Positions 9,264 through 22,803 of a stretch of 64,000 nucleotides of DNA are shown piece after piece (the stretch's first letter is position 1; each line of letters opens with the position of its first letter). The position numbers and the translations under genes are program-made. The notes beneath the pieces are model-generated. The model worked only from the letters and a program-made list of their open reading frames with translations, was not told the origin of the DNA and searched no databases. Source of the stretch: Gemmatimonadota bacterium (GTDB lineage: Bacteria; Gemmatimonadota; Gemmatimonadetes; Palauibacterales; Palauibacteraceae); assembly GCA_965116475.1 (NCBI GenBank), contig OZ220691.1, positions 3,424,001-3,488,000 on the forward strand, given 5' to 3'.

Positions 9264-10754
9264 ATGAGCGATCAGATCCCGATCGTTGAGGCGTTCCGCA
9301 TGATGGCGGCGAACAAGTCGCTGACGGAGCTGGAGCTGCATGATCTCATCCGCGAAGGGATCCATGCGGCCCTCGCCCGTCGTTTCGGCGGTCCGGTCGA
9401 GGCGGAGATCGACGTCACCGATGGAGGCGACATCTCGATCGTCGTCCTCAAGGAAGTCGTCGAGGAAGTCGAGGATCCGGCCCGGGAAGTGACGCTCGAG
9501 CAGGCGCGCTGGGATGATCCCGACTTCCAGGTCGGTGACCTCATGGAGATCCCCGTCGATTTCCGGGACTTCGGACGCAGCGCGGTCATGGCCGCCAAGC
9601 AGAGGATCATCCAGCGCATCCGCGAGGGAGAACGCGACCGTATCCGCATGGAATTCAACGATCGGGTCGGCGACCTCGTTTCGGGCGAGGTACAGGCGAG
9701 CGAGCGCGGCAAACTGGTCGTCATGCTGAACCGGTCGCGGGAAGCGGAGGCGATCATTCCGTGGCGGGAACAGAATCCGCGGGAACGCTTCCGCCAGGGC
9801 GAGCCGATCCGAGCCGTGCTGAAGCTGCTGGAGGAGACGCCGCGCGGTCCGCGATTGATCCTGTCGCGGGCGGACCCACAGTTCGTCGCTTCGCTGTTCG
9901 CGCTCGAGGTGCCGGAGATCTACCAGAATATCGTGGACATCAAGGAGATCGTCCGCGAAGCGGGCGGGCGCACCAAGGTGGCCGTCGCGTCGCGCGATGA
10001 GTCCGTCGACCCGGTCGGCGCCTGCGTCGGCCTCAAGGGCTCGCGCGTGCAGGCCGTCGTGTCGGAGTTGAGCGGGGAACGGATCGACATCGTCCCCTGG
10101 CACCCGGACCCCGAGATCTTCGCCCGCCGAGCCCTGGCGCCGGCCCGGGTCGCCAAAGTGATTTCGGACCAGGAGCGTCACGTCATTACGGCGATCGTGG
10201 ACGAGGACCAGCTGTCGCTGGCGATCGGGCGAAACGGGCAGAACGTGCGGTTGGCGTCGCAGCTCATCGGTTGGCAGATCGACCTGTATTCCAGCCGTGA
10301 CTGGATGGAGCGCGGCGGAGAGGCCAGCCTGTTCGGAGGCGATGACGAATACGAGATGTCCGACTTCCCGCTCTCCGAGCTCGAGGGGATCGCCCCCGCG
10401 ACGCTTGCGGCGCTCGAGGCGGCCGGGATCGGGAGCTTTTATGGCCTCCTCGACATGGATCGGAGCGATTTCCTGCAAGTTCCGGGGATCGGATCCGACG
10501 AGGCGGATACGCTGGAGACGCTCATCGACGAGCTGACCGTCGTGGACGAGGCGCAGGCGGAGAGCGCCGCGGCGGCGAAAGCGGCTGCCGAGGCGCCGGC
10601 GGAAGAGGCGCCGGCGGATGCGGCGCCGGCGGAAGAGGCGCCGGCGGAAGAGGCGTCGGCGGATGCGGTGCCCGCGGATGCGCCGCCGGAACCGGTAGCC
10701 GGCGAGGCGGCCGACGCGCTGAGCACGGCGGCCTCGGGCGAGGGGACCGCCTGA
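9264..10754 (+). CDS. nusA: Transcription termination/antitermination factor NusA
   Basis: FGRSAVMAAKQ, S1 and KH domains, DPVGACVGLKGSRV, SLAIGRNGQNVRLAS; acidic tail. Confidence 0.98.
   Translation: MSDQIPIVEAFRMMAANKSLTELELHDLIREGIHAALARRFGGPVEAEIDVTDGGDISIVVLKEVVEEVEDPAREVTLEQARWDDPDFQVGDLMEIPVDFRDFGRSAVMAAKQRIIQRIREGERDRIRMEFNDRVGDLVSGEVQASERGKLVVMLNRSREAEAIIPWREQNPRERFRQGEPIRAVLKLLEETPRGPRLILSRADPQFVASLFALEVPEIYQNIVDIKEIVREAGGRTKVAVASRDESVDPVGACVGLKGSRVQAVVSELSGERIDIVPWHPDPEIFARRALAPARVAKVISDQERHVITAIVDEDQLSLAIGRNGQNVRLASQLIGWQIDLYSSRDWMERGGEASLFGGDDEYEMSDFPLSELEGIAPATLAALEAAGIGSFYGLLDMDRSDFLQVPGIGSDEADTLETLIDELTVVDEAQAESAAAAKAAAEAPAEEAPADAAPAEEAPAEEASADAVPADAPPEPVAGEAADALSTAASGEGTA
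10590..10679 (+). repeat. In-frame 15-bp tandem repeat (6 units) in the NusA C-terminal tail
   Basis: Units such as GAGGCGCCGGCGGAA encoding EAPAE/EAPAD/AAPAE/EAPAE/EASAD/AVPAD. Confidence 0.85.
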
Positions 10755-10789
10755 AGCCCGGCGGAGCCCGGGGACGGGCGGGGGGAACG

Positions 10790-11130
10790 TTGAGCCTGCT
10801 CGGGATCGCGACGCGCGCGGGCCGGGTTGCGCTCGGAACCCGGGCCGTGGACATCGCGGCGCGCAGGGGAAGGCTCGCCCTGCTCGTGGTCGCGGGCGAC
10901 GCATCGCGGCATGCGCTGAACCGCCTGACGCCGCGGGCGCGGCGGGCTTCGCGAGTCACGGTGGCGAGTCGCCGGGCGCTCGGACGGGCGCTCGGACGGA
11001 GCAATGTAGCCGTCGTCGGCGTTACGGATTCGGCGCTGGCGCAGCGGATTCTCGAAGGGGAGCGCACGCCTTCGCGGCGTGACGAAAGCTCCGGGTCGCG
11101 GGGAGACCCGGAAGGGCAGGTGCCTGGACA

Positions 11131-11134
<4 letters not shown>
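10790..11134 (+). CDS. L7Ae/YlxQ family RNA-binding protein (may start at CTG 10751)
   Basis: SLLGIATRAGRVALG...LLVVAGDAS...LGRALGR..VAVVGVTD; located between nusA and infB. Confidence 0.85.
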
Positions 11135-13845
<2,711 letters not shown>

Positions 13846-13861
13846 CCTTCCGCGGGGCATC

Positions 13862-14146
13862 ATGGCCGTCATCGGGGTGAGCCGCTGGGTGTTTCACCTC
13901 CCGGGCTGCCGGTCGCTCAAGGCGAAGCGTTCGGTGGTCCGCGGCCTGCGCGAGCGTGCCATCCTGAAGTTCCGGGTTTCCGCCGCCGAGACCGGCCTCC
14001 GCGACCGCGCCTCGATGGCCGAGATCACGGCCTGCGTCGTATCGGGCGAACGTCGGCATGCCGAGTCGGTTCTCGGGCGCGTCGACCTCTTCCTGAAATC
14101 CGACCCGAGGGCGCACGTCATCGAGTCGGAGACCGAGTTCCTGTGA
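13862..14146 (+). CDS. DUF503 (YlxP) family protein
   Basis: SLKAKRSVV...KFRVSAAE; typical position between infB and rbfA. Confidence 0.88.
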   Translation: MAVIGVSRWVFHLPGCRSLKAKRSVVRGLRERAILKFRVSAAETGLRDRASMAEITACVVSGERRHAESVLGRVDLFLKSDPRAHVIESETEFL

Positions 14147-14162
14147 AGACCGGCGGCCCGCG

Positions 14163-14531
14163 GTGGGGGAGCGCGTGACCCATCGCCACCGGAGCGAACG
14201 GCTCGGCGAACTGTTCCGGCGCGAACTCACGCGCCTCCTTCTCGGCTCGCTCAAGGATCCGCGTCTCGACGGAGTGACGGTGACCGACGTGCGGGCGACC
14301 AGGGATCTCTCCTTCGCCACCGTCTACATTCGCTCCGACGAGGATGTGTCGGAGGGGATCGAGGGCCTGGAACACGCGGTGGGGTTCATACGCCGGGAAC
14401 TCGGCCGGTCGCTCCGGTTGCGGAAGATACCGGAATTCCGCTTCCTGCCCGACGAGACGCCCGAGCATGCGAGTCGGATCGAGGAACTGCTGCGCGAGGC
14501 TCGCGGGGATGCGGGGCCGCGTGACGACTGA
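14163..14531 (+). CDS. rbfA: Ribosome-binding factor A
   Basis: LKDPRL..VTVTDV..TRDLSFA.VY, GFIRRELG..LRLRKIPEFRF. Confidence 0.96.
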   Translation: MGERVTHRHRSERLGELFRRELTRLLLGSLKDPRLDGVTVTDVRATRDLSFATVYIRSDEDVSEGIEGLEHAVGFIRRELGRSLRLRKIPEFRFLPDETPEHASRIEELLREARGDAGPRDD

Positions 14532-15435
14532 AGCCGGTTTGCTCCTCGTCGACAAGCCGGCTGGAGCGACATCGCACGACATCGTCCTCCGGATACGGCG
14601 AACGCTGGGCGAGCGTCGCATCGGCCACACCGGGACGCTCGATCCCTTCGCGACGGGGCTCCTGCTGTCGCTCGTCGGGTCGTTCACCCGTCTCGCCGAC
14701 CTCTACCACGAACTCCCGAAATCCTACGATGCGACGATGGTGCTGGGACGGGAGACGGACACGGACGATCTCACGGGGAAGACCGTATCGGAGGATGCCG
14801 GCTGGCGGGAGCTGGACGGCGAGGCGATTCGGGCTGCCTTCGCCGCTCGCGAGGGCATCGGCCGCCAGGTGCCCTCCGCCTATTCGGCGCGCCGGGCCGG
14901 GGGCGAGCGCGCCCACGCGCTGGCCCGCCGCGGCGAGCGCCCCGAACTGGAGGCACGCGTGGTGACCATCCACGAGATCGCGGTCACGGCCGTCGATCTC
15001 CCTCGAGTTCGCTTCCGCGCGAGCGTTTCCACCGGCACCTACGTGCGCGCGCTGGCCCGCGACATCGGGCGGGACCTCGGACCCGGGGCGCACCTGACCG
15101 CACTGCGCCGCACCGCGATCGGCCCGTTCCGGGTCGCCGAAGCGACATCTCCCGACGCGGCCCGGGAGTCGGTGGCGGAGGGGTCCAGGGCCTGGCGCCC
15201 GGGGGTGGCCGCGCTGCCATGGGTGCCGCGGCGCGAACTGAACGACGGGGAACGCGACGAGATCCGGCACGGAAGATCGGTGGGGCGCGGCGACGTCCTG
15301 CCTCCCCCGGGATGGACGCACCACGTGGCGGGTGGCGCCGGGAAGCGGGTCGCGCTGTCCGCCTCCGGCCGTCTCTTCGCGATCGCCGAGGAGCGCGACG
15401 GTCACCTCCATCCGAAGAAGGTGTTTGCCGCGTGA
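14521..15435 (+). CDS. truB: tRNA pseudouridine(55) synthase
   Basis: VDKPAGATSHD, GHTGTLDPFATGLL, STGTYVRALARD, LTALRRT; GTG 14521. Confidence 0.96.
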   Translation: MTTEAGLLLVDKPAGATSHDIVLRIRRTLGERRIGHTGTLDPFATGLLLSLVGSFTRLADLYHELPKSYDATMVLGRETDTDDLTGKTVSEDAGWRELDGEAIRAAFAAREGIGRQVPSAYSARRAGGERAHALARRGERPELEARVVTIHEIAVTAVDLPRVRFRASVSTGTYVRALARDIGRDLGPGAHLTALRRTAIGPFRVAEATSPDAARESVAEGSRAWRPGVAALPWVPRRELNDGERDEIRHGRSVGRGDVLPPPGWTHHVAGGAGKRVALSASGRLFAIAEERDGHLHPKKVFAA

Positions 15436-16352
15436 GCGGACTCCCCCCTCACGTCCGAGGTACGGTCGTCACCATGGGGACCTTCGATGGGGTTCACCTC
15501 GGACACCAGGCGATCCTGCGCGAGGTTCGGCGGCGCGCCCGCGCGCGAAACGGCCATGCCGTACTCCTCACGTTCGACCCGCACCCCCTGAGCGTCGTGC
15601 GTCCCGAAGTTGCCCCGCCGCTCCTCACGCTGCCGGACGAGAAGAAGGAAATCCTCGCTCAACTCGGGCTCGACTACGCCGCGTTCGTCTCCTTCACGGC
15701 CGAGTTCTCCCGTTACTCTCCCGAACAGTTCGTGGAGGACCTGATCGTCCCGCGCTTCCGCCCGGCGGAGGTCGTCATCGGCTACGACCACGGGTTCGGG
15801 CGCGGACGCGCCGGGGACGTCTCCGTGCTCGAGCGGCTGGGCGCCACCCACGGGTTCGGGGTCTCGGTCGTTGGGGGCGTCGAAACGGACGGATCGACCA
15901 TATCGTCCACCCGGGTCCGGCGGGCGGTGGCGTCGGGCGACATGGAGGGCGCGGCCGCGGGCCTCGGCCGCCCGTATTCGTTCCGGGGGACGGTGATCCG
16001 GGGGCTGGGGCGGGGCAGGACGCTCGGTTTTCCGACCGCCAACCTCACGCCTCCGCCTCCCGAAAAACTCCTTCCGGCGGAAGGCATCTACGCCGTGCGC
16101 GCCACGCTCGGCTCCGAACGGACCGATGGACTGCTGCACCTCGGCCCCAGGCCGACCTTTGCGGACTCCCCGCCGGCCATCGAACTCTTCCTCATCGATT
16201 TCGAGCGTGACATCTACGGGGAGCGGGTGATCGTCGACGTCCTCCACCGGCTGCGCGAGGTGCGGGCGTTCGAGTCGGGAGACGATCTCGCCGCGCAGAT
16301 GCGCCGGGACCTCGCGGACGGCCTGGAATACTTCAGGGAAACGGGCAGATGA
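15432..16352 (+). CDS. ribF: Bifunctional riboflavin kinase/FAD synthetase
   Basis: GTFDGVHLGHQ, TFDPHP, ISSTRVR, GRTLGFPTAN; GTGA overlap with truB. Confidence 0.96.
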   Translation: MSGLPPHVRGTVVTMGTFDGVHLGHQAILREVRRRARARNGHAVLLTFDPHPLSVVRPEVAPPLLTLPDEKKEILAQLGLDYAAFVSFTAEFSRYSPEQFVEDLIVPRFRPAEVVIGYDHGFGRGRAGDVSVLERLGATHGFGVSVVGGVETDGSTISSTRVRRAVASGDMEGAAAGLGRPYSFRGTVIRGLGRGRTLGFPTANLTPPPPEKLLPAEGIYAVRATLGSERTDGLLHLGPRPTFADSPPAIELFLIDFERDIYGERVIVDVLHRLREVRAFESGDDLAAQMRRDLADGLEYFRETGR

Positions 16353-17512
16353 GGGGCAAGCTGACGGTAGCGGCGCGGCATCCGTGGTTCATCGCTCTGG
16401 TCGCCTGCGCGGGGATCCCGCGACCGGCCGCCGCCCAGTCGCTCCTCGCGATCGCGGACGAAGCCGGCGAATGCGCGGTTGAACTCCGGGAAATCCTCCG
16501 TCTCGGCGCCCCCGGCGACCCCGGAACGATCGGAAGCCGCCCCGAGATCACGCGCACCGCGACGGGCCGCTACATGGTGGCGAGCGTCGAGAACCGCGGA
16601 CAACTGCTCGTATTCGATGCGGATGGCGCGTTCCTGGAGACCCTGGGAGGGAATGGAGATGGGCCCGGCGAATATCGCGTCCCGGGACGGATGCGCCCCG
16701 GCTCTGGTGGCAGCCTGCGGATCCTGGATCTCGTGAACCGCCGCATCACGCACGTGTCCCCGGAGGGCGGACTGCTCGGAACGACCGATGTCCGAAGCCT
16801 CCACGCGCTCGATTTCGCCGTCATCGACCTCGGCGAACGGTACGTCGTGTCCGGTTTCGGTCAGGTCGACGACGGGCTCGGCGCGACGACCGAAATCGTC
16901 GACAGCGGCGGCGCCCCGTTGGCCAGCCTCGGCGCCACCGCCGTGGAGTCGTGGGTCGTGAACTTCTTCCGCGCCCCCGTCGCGGTGGACGGGCAGGGCA
17001 GGGTGTGGACGACGCGGGCCCGGGGATACGGGTTCGAGGCGTGGAACCCGGAGGGCGGCAGCGAGCCGGTCACGCGGCTGGTCGGGGACCCGGCGTGGTT
17101 CGACCCCGGGCCGCCGCAGCCGGGGGCGCCCGTCTCGGCGCCGGCTCCCTCCATCGTGATCAGCCTTCGTTTCGACCGCGGCCTCCTGTGGGCGGGCACC
17201 TGGGTCGCCGACGAGAACCGGGAGGCGGGCGTCGATGCCGCGCCGTCGCCGCTCGAACTCGACCGGCTGCTCGACACCGTCCTGGACGTCATCGATCCCG
17301 CCAGCGGCGCACTCATCGCTCGGACGCGGCGCGATGAGGCGCTGCGGGGGACCGGCGATGACGCCCTCCTGTTCGGCGTTCGGGAGGACGGCGGGATGCC
17401 GCGGGCCGTGCTCTTCGCGCCGGTGCTCGCCGGCCCCGACTGCCCGGCGATGGGCCCGCCGGACGGGTCAACGCCGGAGACTTACCTTTACAGGGCGCCG
17501 AGTGGATTCTAG
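16349..17512 (+). CDS. Secreted 6-bladed beta-propeller (NHL-like) protein
   Basis: Signal peptide ending AAAQ; VFDADGAFLETLGGNGDGPGEY motif, AVDGQGRVW repeat-like segments. Confidence 0.7.
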   Translation: MRGKLTVAARHPWFIALVACAGIPRPAAAQSLLAIADEAGECAVELREILRLGAPGDPGTIGSRPEITRTATGRYMVASVENRGQLLVFDADGAFLETLGGNGDGPGEYRVPGRMRPGSGGSLRILDLVNRRITHVSPEGGLLGTTDVRSLHALDFAVIDLGERYVVSGFGQVDDGLGATTEIVDSGGAPLASLGATAVESWVVNFFRAPVAVDGQGRVWTTRARGYGFEAWNPEGGSEPVTRLVGDPAWFDPGPPQPGAPVSAPAPSIVISLRFDRGLLWAGTWVADENREAGVDAAPSPLELDRLLDTVLDVIDPASGALIARTRRDEALRGTGDDALLFGVREDGGMPRAVLFAPVLAGPDCPAMGPPDGSTPETYLYRAPSGF

Positions 17513-17533
17513 TTTTATGGACTGTATGTGAAA

Positions 17534-17591
17534 CGGCACGGCGGGGCTCCGTCATTCTTGCCGGTCGCTCCGCGGGCTGAAGCGGGGCGGC
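17534..17591 (+). promoter_or_regulatory. Two-hairpin structured leader of rpsO (candidate S15 autoregulatory element)
   Basis: CGGCA..TGCCG stem enclosing GGCGG/CCGTC, then 10-bp stem GTCGCTCCGC/GCGGGGCGGC, 23 nt before the start. Confidence 0.4.
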
Positions 17592-17614
17592 GGATCGAGG
17601 GATAATAGAGAGAC

Positions 17615-17878
17615 GTGGAAAAAACAGAGAAGCAGGGAATCATAAAAAAGTTCTCGCGGCGCGAGAACGACCAGGGGTCGGCTCCGGTGCAGATCGCACT
17701 GCTCACGGCCCGCATCGAGGAGTTGACCGGGCATTTCCGGGATCATCCCAAGGATCATCACAGCCGCCGCGGACTGCTGAAGATGGTCGGCCGCCGCCGC
17801 CGGCTGCTGAACTACCTCCGCCGGACGGATCTCGACCGCTACCGGACGGTCATCGAGGAGCTCGGGCTGCGCCATTGA
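17615..17878 (+). CDS. rpsO: 30S ribosomal protein S15
   Basis: [15 protein letters not shown]...[25 protein letters not shown]. Confidence 0.98.
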   Translation: MEKTEKQGIIKKFSRRENDQGSAPVQIALLTARIEELTGHFRDHPKDHHSRRGLLKMVGRRRRLLNYLRRTDLDRYRTVIEELGLRH

Positions 17879-18100
17879 GGCGCCGCTCCGCTGCCCAGCC
17901 TCCGTCTCCGCCGGCCCGCGACGTCGGGCCCCCCGTTTTCCTTCCCTCGTACCGCCCCGGATCCCCCCAGCCGGGACGCTGAATCGAAGAAGCCGATGCA
18001 AGGTTGAGAAGGCATTTCATGAGCGTCGGGCCTGACGAAAGGCCGACGCGGCGCGCGGAATCCCGCAGCGCCACACCCGAAGAAAGAAGAGAAGAAAAGA

Positions 18101-20191
18101 ATGACACACCGAATTGAAACCGAATTCCACGGACGGCCTTTGATCCTGGAGACGGGCAGAATGGCCCGCCAGGCCGATGGCGCCGTCTATGTGCAGTACG
18201 GGGAGACGGCAGTGCTCGTCACCGCCACGGCGGACCGCAAGCCCACGCACCTCCCCTTCTTCCCCCTCACGGTCGAATACCGAGAGAAGACGTACGCCGC
18301 CGGCAAGTTCCCCGGCGGCTTCATCAAGCGGGAAACCCGCCCCGGCGAGAAGGAGACGATCTCGGCGCGGCAGATCGACCGGCCGCTTCGGCCGCTCTTC
18401 CCTGAGGACTACCGCAACGACACCCAGGTCGTCTGTTTCATCATCTCCGCGGACCAGGAGAACGACGCGGACGTCATCGGCATGCTCGGGGCGTCGACGG
18501 CCCTCCTCCTGTCCCCGATTCCGTGGGACGGCCCGATCGCCGGCGTCCGGGTCGCCCGCCGGGATGGCGACTGGCTCGTCAACCCGACCTTCGATGACCT
18601 CGAACTGTGCGACCTGGAGATCGTCGTCGCCGGATCCGAGGACTCGATCGTGATGGTCGAGGGCGCCTGCCTCGAAGCCACGGAGGACGAGTTCCTCGAG
18701 GCGATGCAGGTGGGGCAGAAGGCGATCGTCGACTTGATCGGGCTGCAGCGCGAACTGGTTCGGATGGCCGGAGACCCGGGCACGTTCGAGTACGAGTCCG
18801 TCGGACCCGATCCGGAAGTCGTGAGCAAGGTGACGGACCAGGCGGCCGGACAGGTCGGCGATGCGCTGCGGATCGCCGACAAGGAGGAGCGTGGGCGCGC
18901 CCTGTCGGCCCTGCGCGAAGCGCTGACGGAGCGGCTCGAGGCGGATCACCCGGACTGCTCGAAGGATGTCGGCGCTGCGCTGCGCAAGCTGGAGAAGGAG
19001 ATCATGCGCCGCCGCATTCTCGAAGACGGCGAACGGATCGACGGTCGCGGCATGAACGACGTCCGCGACATCACGTGCGACGTCGGCCTCCTGCCGCGGA
19101 CGCACGGTTCGGCGCTCTTCACGCGGGGGCAGACGCAGGCGCTTGCGGTGACGACGCTGGGAACGGTGAGAGACGAACAGCGGATCGATTCCGTGGACGT
19201 ACGCGAAGAAACCTCGAAGTCCTTCATGCTCCACTACAACTTCCCCGGCTTTTCGACGGGCGAGGTGCGGATGTTCCGGGGCACGAGCCGTCGCGAGACG
19301 GGCCACGGAATGCTCGCCGAGCGCGCGCTCCAGGCCCTGCTCCCGGCGTACGAGGACTTTCCGTACACGATCAGGGTCGTCTCCGACATCCTGGAGTCGA
19401 ACGGGTCGAGTTCGATGGCGTCGGTGTGCGGCGGATCGCTCTCCCTCATGGATGCGGGCGTTCCGATGCGGGCTCCGTGCGCGGGGATCGCGATGGGGCT
19501 CGTCAAGGAGGGTGACAACGTCGAGGTTCTGACCGACATCCTCGGCGTGGAGGATGCCCTCGGCGACATGGACTTCAAGATCGCCGGGACCGAGCGCGGG
19601 ATCACGGCGGTCCAGATGGACATCAAGGCCGATGGGCTCTCCGTCGACACGCTGCGGGAGGCCCTGGCCCGGGCGCGCGATGCCCGGCTGCGGATCCTCG
19701 CGGCGATGAACGAGACGCTTGAAGCGGCCCGCGAGGAAATGTCGCCGCACGCGCCGCGGATCGTCACCCTGCAGATCAACCCCCAGAAGATCGGCGAGGT
19801 CATCGGGCCGAAGGGGAAGACGATCCGGATGATCCAGGAGGAGACGGGCACCGAGGTCAACATCGACGACTCGGGCACGGTCACCATCGCGGCGCCCTCG
19901 GGCGCCGGCGCGCAGCATGCGCGCGAGATGGTGGAGGGCATCGTTCAGGAGCCCGAGGTCGGGCGGATCTACCGCGGTGTCGTAAAGAACACGACGGATT
20001 TCGGCGCCTTCGTCGAGATCATCCCGGGGGTCGAGGGCCTGTGCCATATCTCGGAACTCGAGGAAGGCCGCACCGCCAGGACGGAGGATGTCGTGAGCCC
20101 GGGCGACGAGGTGAAGGTGAAGCTGCTCGCCGTGGATGACCGCGGCCGCCTCAAGCTCTCGCGGCGCGCGGCGCTCGCCCCCGCCGAGTAG
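18101..20191 (+). CDS. pnp: Polyribonucleotide nucleotidyltransferase
   Basis: [51 protein letters not shown] and S1 domains. Confidence 0.99.
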   Translation: MTHRIETEFHGRPLILETGRMARQADGAVYVQYGETAVLVTATADRKPTHLPFFPLTVEYREKTYAAGKFPGGFIKRETRPGEKETISARQIDRPLRPLFPEDYRNDTQVVCFIISADQENDADVIGMLGASTALLLSPIPWDGPIAGVRVARRDGDWLVNPTFDDLELCDLEIVVAGSEDSIVMVEGACLEATEDEFLEAMQVGQKAIVDLIGLQRELVRMAGDPGTFEYESVGPDPEVVSKVTDQAAGQVGDALRIADKEERGRALSALREALTERLEADHPDCSKDVGAALRKLEKEIMRRRILEDGERIDGRGMNDVRDITCDVGLLPRTHGSALFTRGQTQALAVTTLGTVRDEQRIDSVDVREETSKSFMLHYNFPGFSTGEVRMFRGTSRRETGHGMLAERALQALLPAYEDFPYTIRVVSDILESNGSSSMASVCGGSLSLMDAGVPMRAPCAGIAMGLVKEGDNVEVLTDILGVEDALGDMDFKIAGTERGITAVQMDIKADGLSVDTLREALARARDARLRILAAMNETLEAAREEMSPHAPRIVTLQINPQKIGEVIGPKGKTIRMIQEETGTEVNIDDSGTVTIAAPSGAGAQHAREMVEGIVQEPEVGRIYRGVVKNTTDFGAFVEIIPGVEGLCHISELEEGRTARTEDVVSPGDEVKVKLLAVDDRGRLKLSRRAALAPAE

Positions 20192-20259
20192 GCCTGATCA
20201 CGTCGCGTCCCGGCCCGCCTGCGCGCGGGCCGGCCCGGGAACTGCGGCCGCCTGCCGGA

Positions 20260-21534
20260 ATGGGAGGCCGACTCGACCGGGAGGTGTACCGAACCTGCCT
20301 CCCGGATGGCCCCATCGTGCTCAGCGAGCGCATGGACTCCGTGCGCTCCGTCGCCATCGGCCTCTGGGTGCGGCAGGGCCGCGTTCATGAGGATGCCGGG
20401 CACGGCGGCGCATCCCATCTGCTCGAGCACATGGTCTTCAAGGGGACGCACCGGCGCTCCGCGCGCGAGCTCGCCTGGGAGCTGGAGCGGCTCGGCGGCG
20501 CGCTGGACGCGTATACGACGCACGAGTTCACCGCGTTCCAGGCGCGCGTACCGGCGGGGGCGCTCGGCGTCGCGCTCGACGTGCTGTGCGATCTCGCCTT
20601 CTTTCCGCGGCTCTCCCCACGGGACCTGGACGTGGAACGCGAGGTCGTGCTGGAGGAGATCGCCGCCGCGGCGGAAGTCCCGGAGGACATCGTCTTCGAA
20701 GCGCATGCGCGCGCGCTGTACGGCGGGCATCCGTACGGCGAACCGATCCTCGGCACCCGCGCGTCGGTGCGGGCGCTTTCCGTGTCCGCGCTGGCGGACG
20801 TGCACGATCGGGCGTACCGGCCCGGTAACGTGGTCGTGGCGGCGGCGGGAGCGGTGGAGCACGAGGATGTCGTGGCGGGGCTGGCGCGCTGGCTCCCCGA
20901 CCGGGCCGCCGTACCCGCACCCGCCGAGCCGCCGGCGCCGGTCGGCGAATCGGGCTTCCGGCGCATGCGGCGCGAGGGCGGCCGCCAGACGCACATCGTG
21001 ACCGGAGGACTCACCGTTCCGTACCGCGACCCCCTGCGCTACGCGATCCACGTCACGGCGACCGCCCTCGGCGGCGGAATGAGTTCGCGGCTCTTCCAGA
21101 GGATTCGCGAAACGCTCGGTCTCGCCTACGCCGTGTACAGCTTCCACGGGTTCCACGCCCAGGCGGGCCACGTCGGCGCCTACGTCGGGACCCGGCCCGA
21201 GACCGCCGAGGCGGCGCACGAGGCCGTGGAGGGGGAACTCGCCCTCCTGGCGCGGGAGGGACTGACGCGCCAGGAACTGGACGACACGCGCAGTCAGTTG
21301 AAGGGACAGTTTCTGATCTCGCTGGAATCGCCGGCGAGCCGAATGAACCGGCTCGCCGGCGTCGCGCTGTACGGCCACGAGTATCGCACCCTGGACGAGG
21401 TGGCGGCGAAAATCGATGCGGTCGACCGCACGCAATGCCTCGAAGCGGCCGCCTACTTCGCACCCGATCGGCTCGCGACGCTCGAGCTGGCGCCCGGCCA
21501 CGCCCCGGAGCGCACCGCACCGGACGCGACCTGA
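20260..21534 (+). CDS. M16 (pitrilysin) family zinc peptidase
   Basis: [11 protein letters not shown] (HxxEH), [19 protein letters not shown]. Confidence 0.93.
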   Translation: MGGRLDREVYRTCLPDGPIVLSERMDSVRSVAIGLWVRQGRVHEDAGHGGASHLLEHMVFKGTHRRSARELAWELERLGGALDAYTTHEFTAFQARVPAGALGVALDVLCDLAFFPRLSPRDLDVEREVVLEEIAAAAEVPEDIVFEAHARALYGGHPYGEPILGTRASVRALSVSALADVHDRAYRPGNVVVAAAGAVEHEDVVAGLARWLPDRAAVPAPAEPPAPVGESGFRRMRREGGRQTHIVTGGLTVPYRDPLRYAIHVTATALGGGMSSRLFQRIRETLGLAYAVYSFHGFHAQAGHVGAYVGTRPETAEAAHEAVEGELALLAREGLTRQELDDTRSQLKGQFLISLESPASRMNRLAGVALYGHEYRTLDEVAAKIDAVDRTQCLEAAAYFAPDRLATLELAPGHAPERTAPDAT

Positions 21535-21556
21535 GCGTCCCCTGGGAGGGAACGAA

Positions 21557-22672
21557 ATGATCGTTGGCGTTCCGAAGGAGATAAAGGCGGACGAAAGTCG
21601 TGTGGCCCTCGTGCCGGCGGGCGCGACCGCGCTCGTCGCGGCCGGACACACCGTGTGCATCGAACGCGACGCGGGCCTGCGCAGCGGTTTTCCGGATGAC
21701 AGGTACCTGGCCGCGGGGGCGGAGATCGCGGACTCGGCGGACGAGGTGTGGGACCGGGCCGAACTCATCGTCAAGGTCAAGGAGCCCATCGAATCCGAAT
21801 ACGCCCGGATGCGGGACGGCCAGGTCATCTTCACGTACTTCCACTTCGCGGCCGACGAACGCCTCACGCACCGTACGCTCGAGTGCGGCTGTATCGCGGT
21901 CGCCTACGAGACGGTCCAGCTGCCGACGGGCGAACTGCCGCTCCTCACGCCGATGTCCGAGGTGGCGGGGCGGATGGCGATCCAGCAGGCGGCCAAGAAC
22001 CTGGAACGCGTCGCGGGCGGGTACGGGATCCTCCTCGGCGGCGTGCCGGGGGTGCTCCCGGCCGAGGTCGTCATCCTCGGAGGAGGGGTCGTCGGGGCGA
22101 ATGCGGCGACGATCGCGGCGGGTTTCGGCGCCCACGTGACGGTCCTCGACGTGAATCTCCCGCGTCTCCGGTACCTCGCGGATGTCATGCCCGCCAACGT
22201 GAATACGCTCTACTCGAACCGCCACTCGATCCTCGAACAGATCGAACGCGCGGACGTCGTGATCGGCGCCGTGCTCGTGCCCGGCGGAAAGGCGCCGAAG
22301 CTGGTGCGGCACGACGATCTGCGGCGGATGAAGGACGGTTCCGTGATCGTCGACGTGGCCGTGGATCAGGGCGGCTGCGTGGAGTCCGCGCGCCCTACGA
22401 CGCACAACGACCCCACCTACACCGTCCACGGGGTCATCCACTACTGCGTGGCGAACATGCCGGGGGCCGTCCCGAGAACCTCCACGCTGGCCCTGACCAA
22501 CGCGACGTTCCCCTACGTGCTGCACCTGGCGAATCGAGGCTGGCAGGCGGCCTGTCACGAGGATCCGGACCTCGCGCTGGGGGTCAACATCGCGGGCGGA
22601 CGGGTCACGTACGAGGCCGTCGCGCAGGCGTTCGATCTCGAATACACGCCCCTCGAGGCGCTCTCCGCGTGA
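21557..22672 (+). CDS. ald: Alanine dehydrogenase
   Basis: [58 protein letters not shown] upstream. Confidence 0.97.
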   Translation: MIVGVPKEIKADESRVALVPAGATALVAAGHTVCIERDAGLRSGFPDDRYLAAGAEIADSADEVWDRAELIVKVKEPIESEYARMRDGQVIFTYFHFAADERLTHRTLECGCIAVAYETVQLPTGELPLLTPMSEVAGRMAIQQAAKNLERVAGGYGILLGGVPGVLPAEVVILGGGVVGANAATIAAGFGAHVTVLDVNLPRLRYLADVMPANVNTLYSNRHSILEQIERADVVIGAVLVPGGKAPKLVRHDDLRRMKDGSVIVDVAVDQGGCVESARPTTHNDPTYTVHGVIHYCVANMPGAVPRTSTLALTNATFPYVLHLANRGWQAACHEDPDLALGVNIAGGRVTYEAVAQAFDLEYTPLEALSA

Positions 22673-22803
22673 CGCCGGGCGGCCGGGAGTCGGCGACGCC
22701 GCGAGGCGACTTTCCTGCGTCCGAAAGTACGTTTACATTTCGGCGTCCTTCACCCGGAGTGGCAGTTTCCGGTACGATTCGCCGCCTTGGAGGTGTCCCA
22801 CCC

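Noticed and set aside
18022..18090. CTGACGA followed by GAAA-like purines, resembling a hammerhead ribozyme core
   Set aside because: CTGACGA sits at the top of a simple hairpin; I could not build the stem II and stem III arrangement
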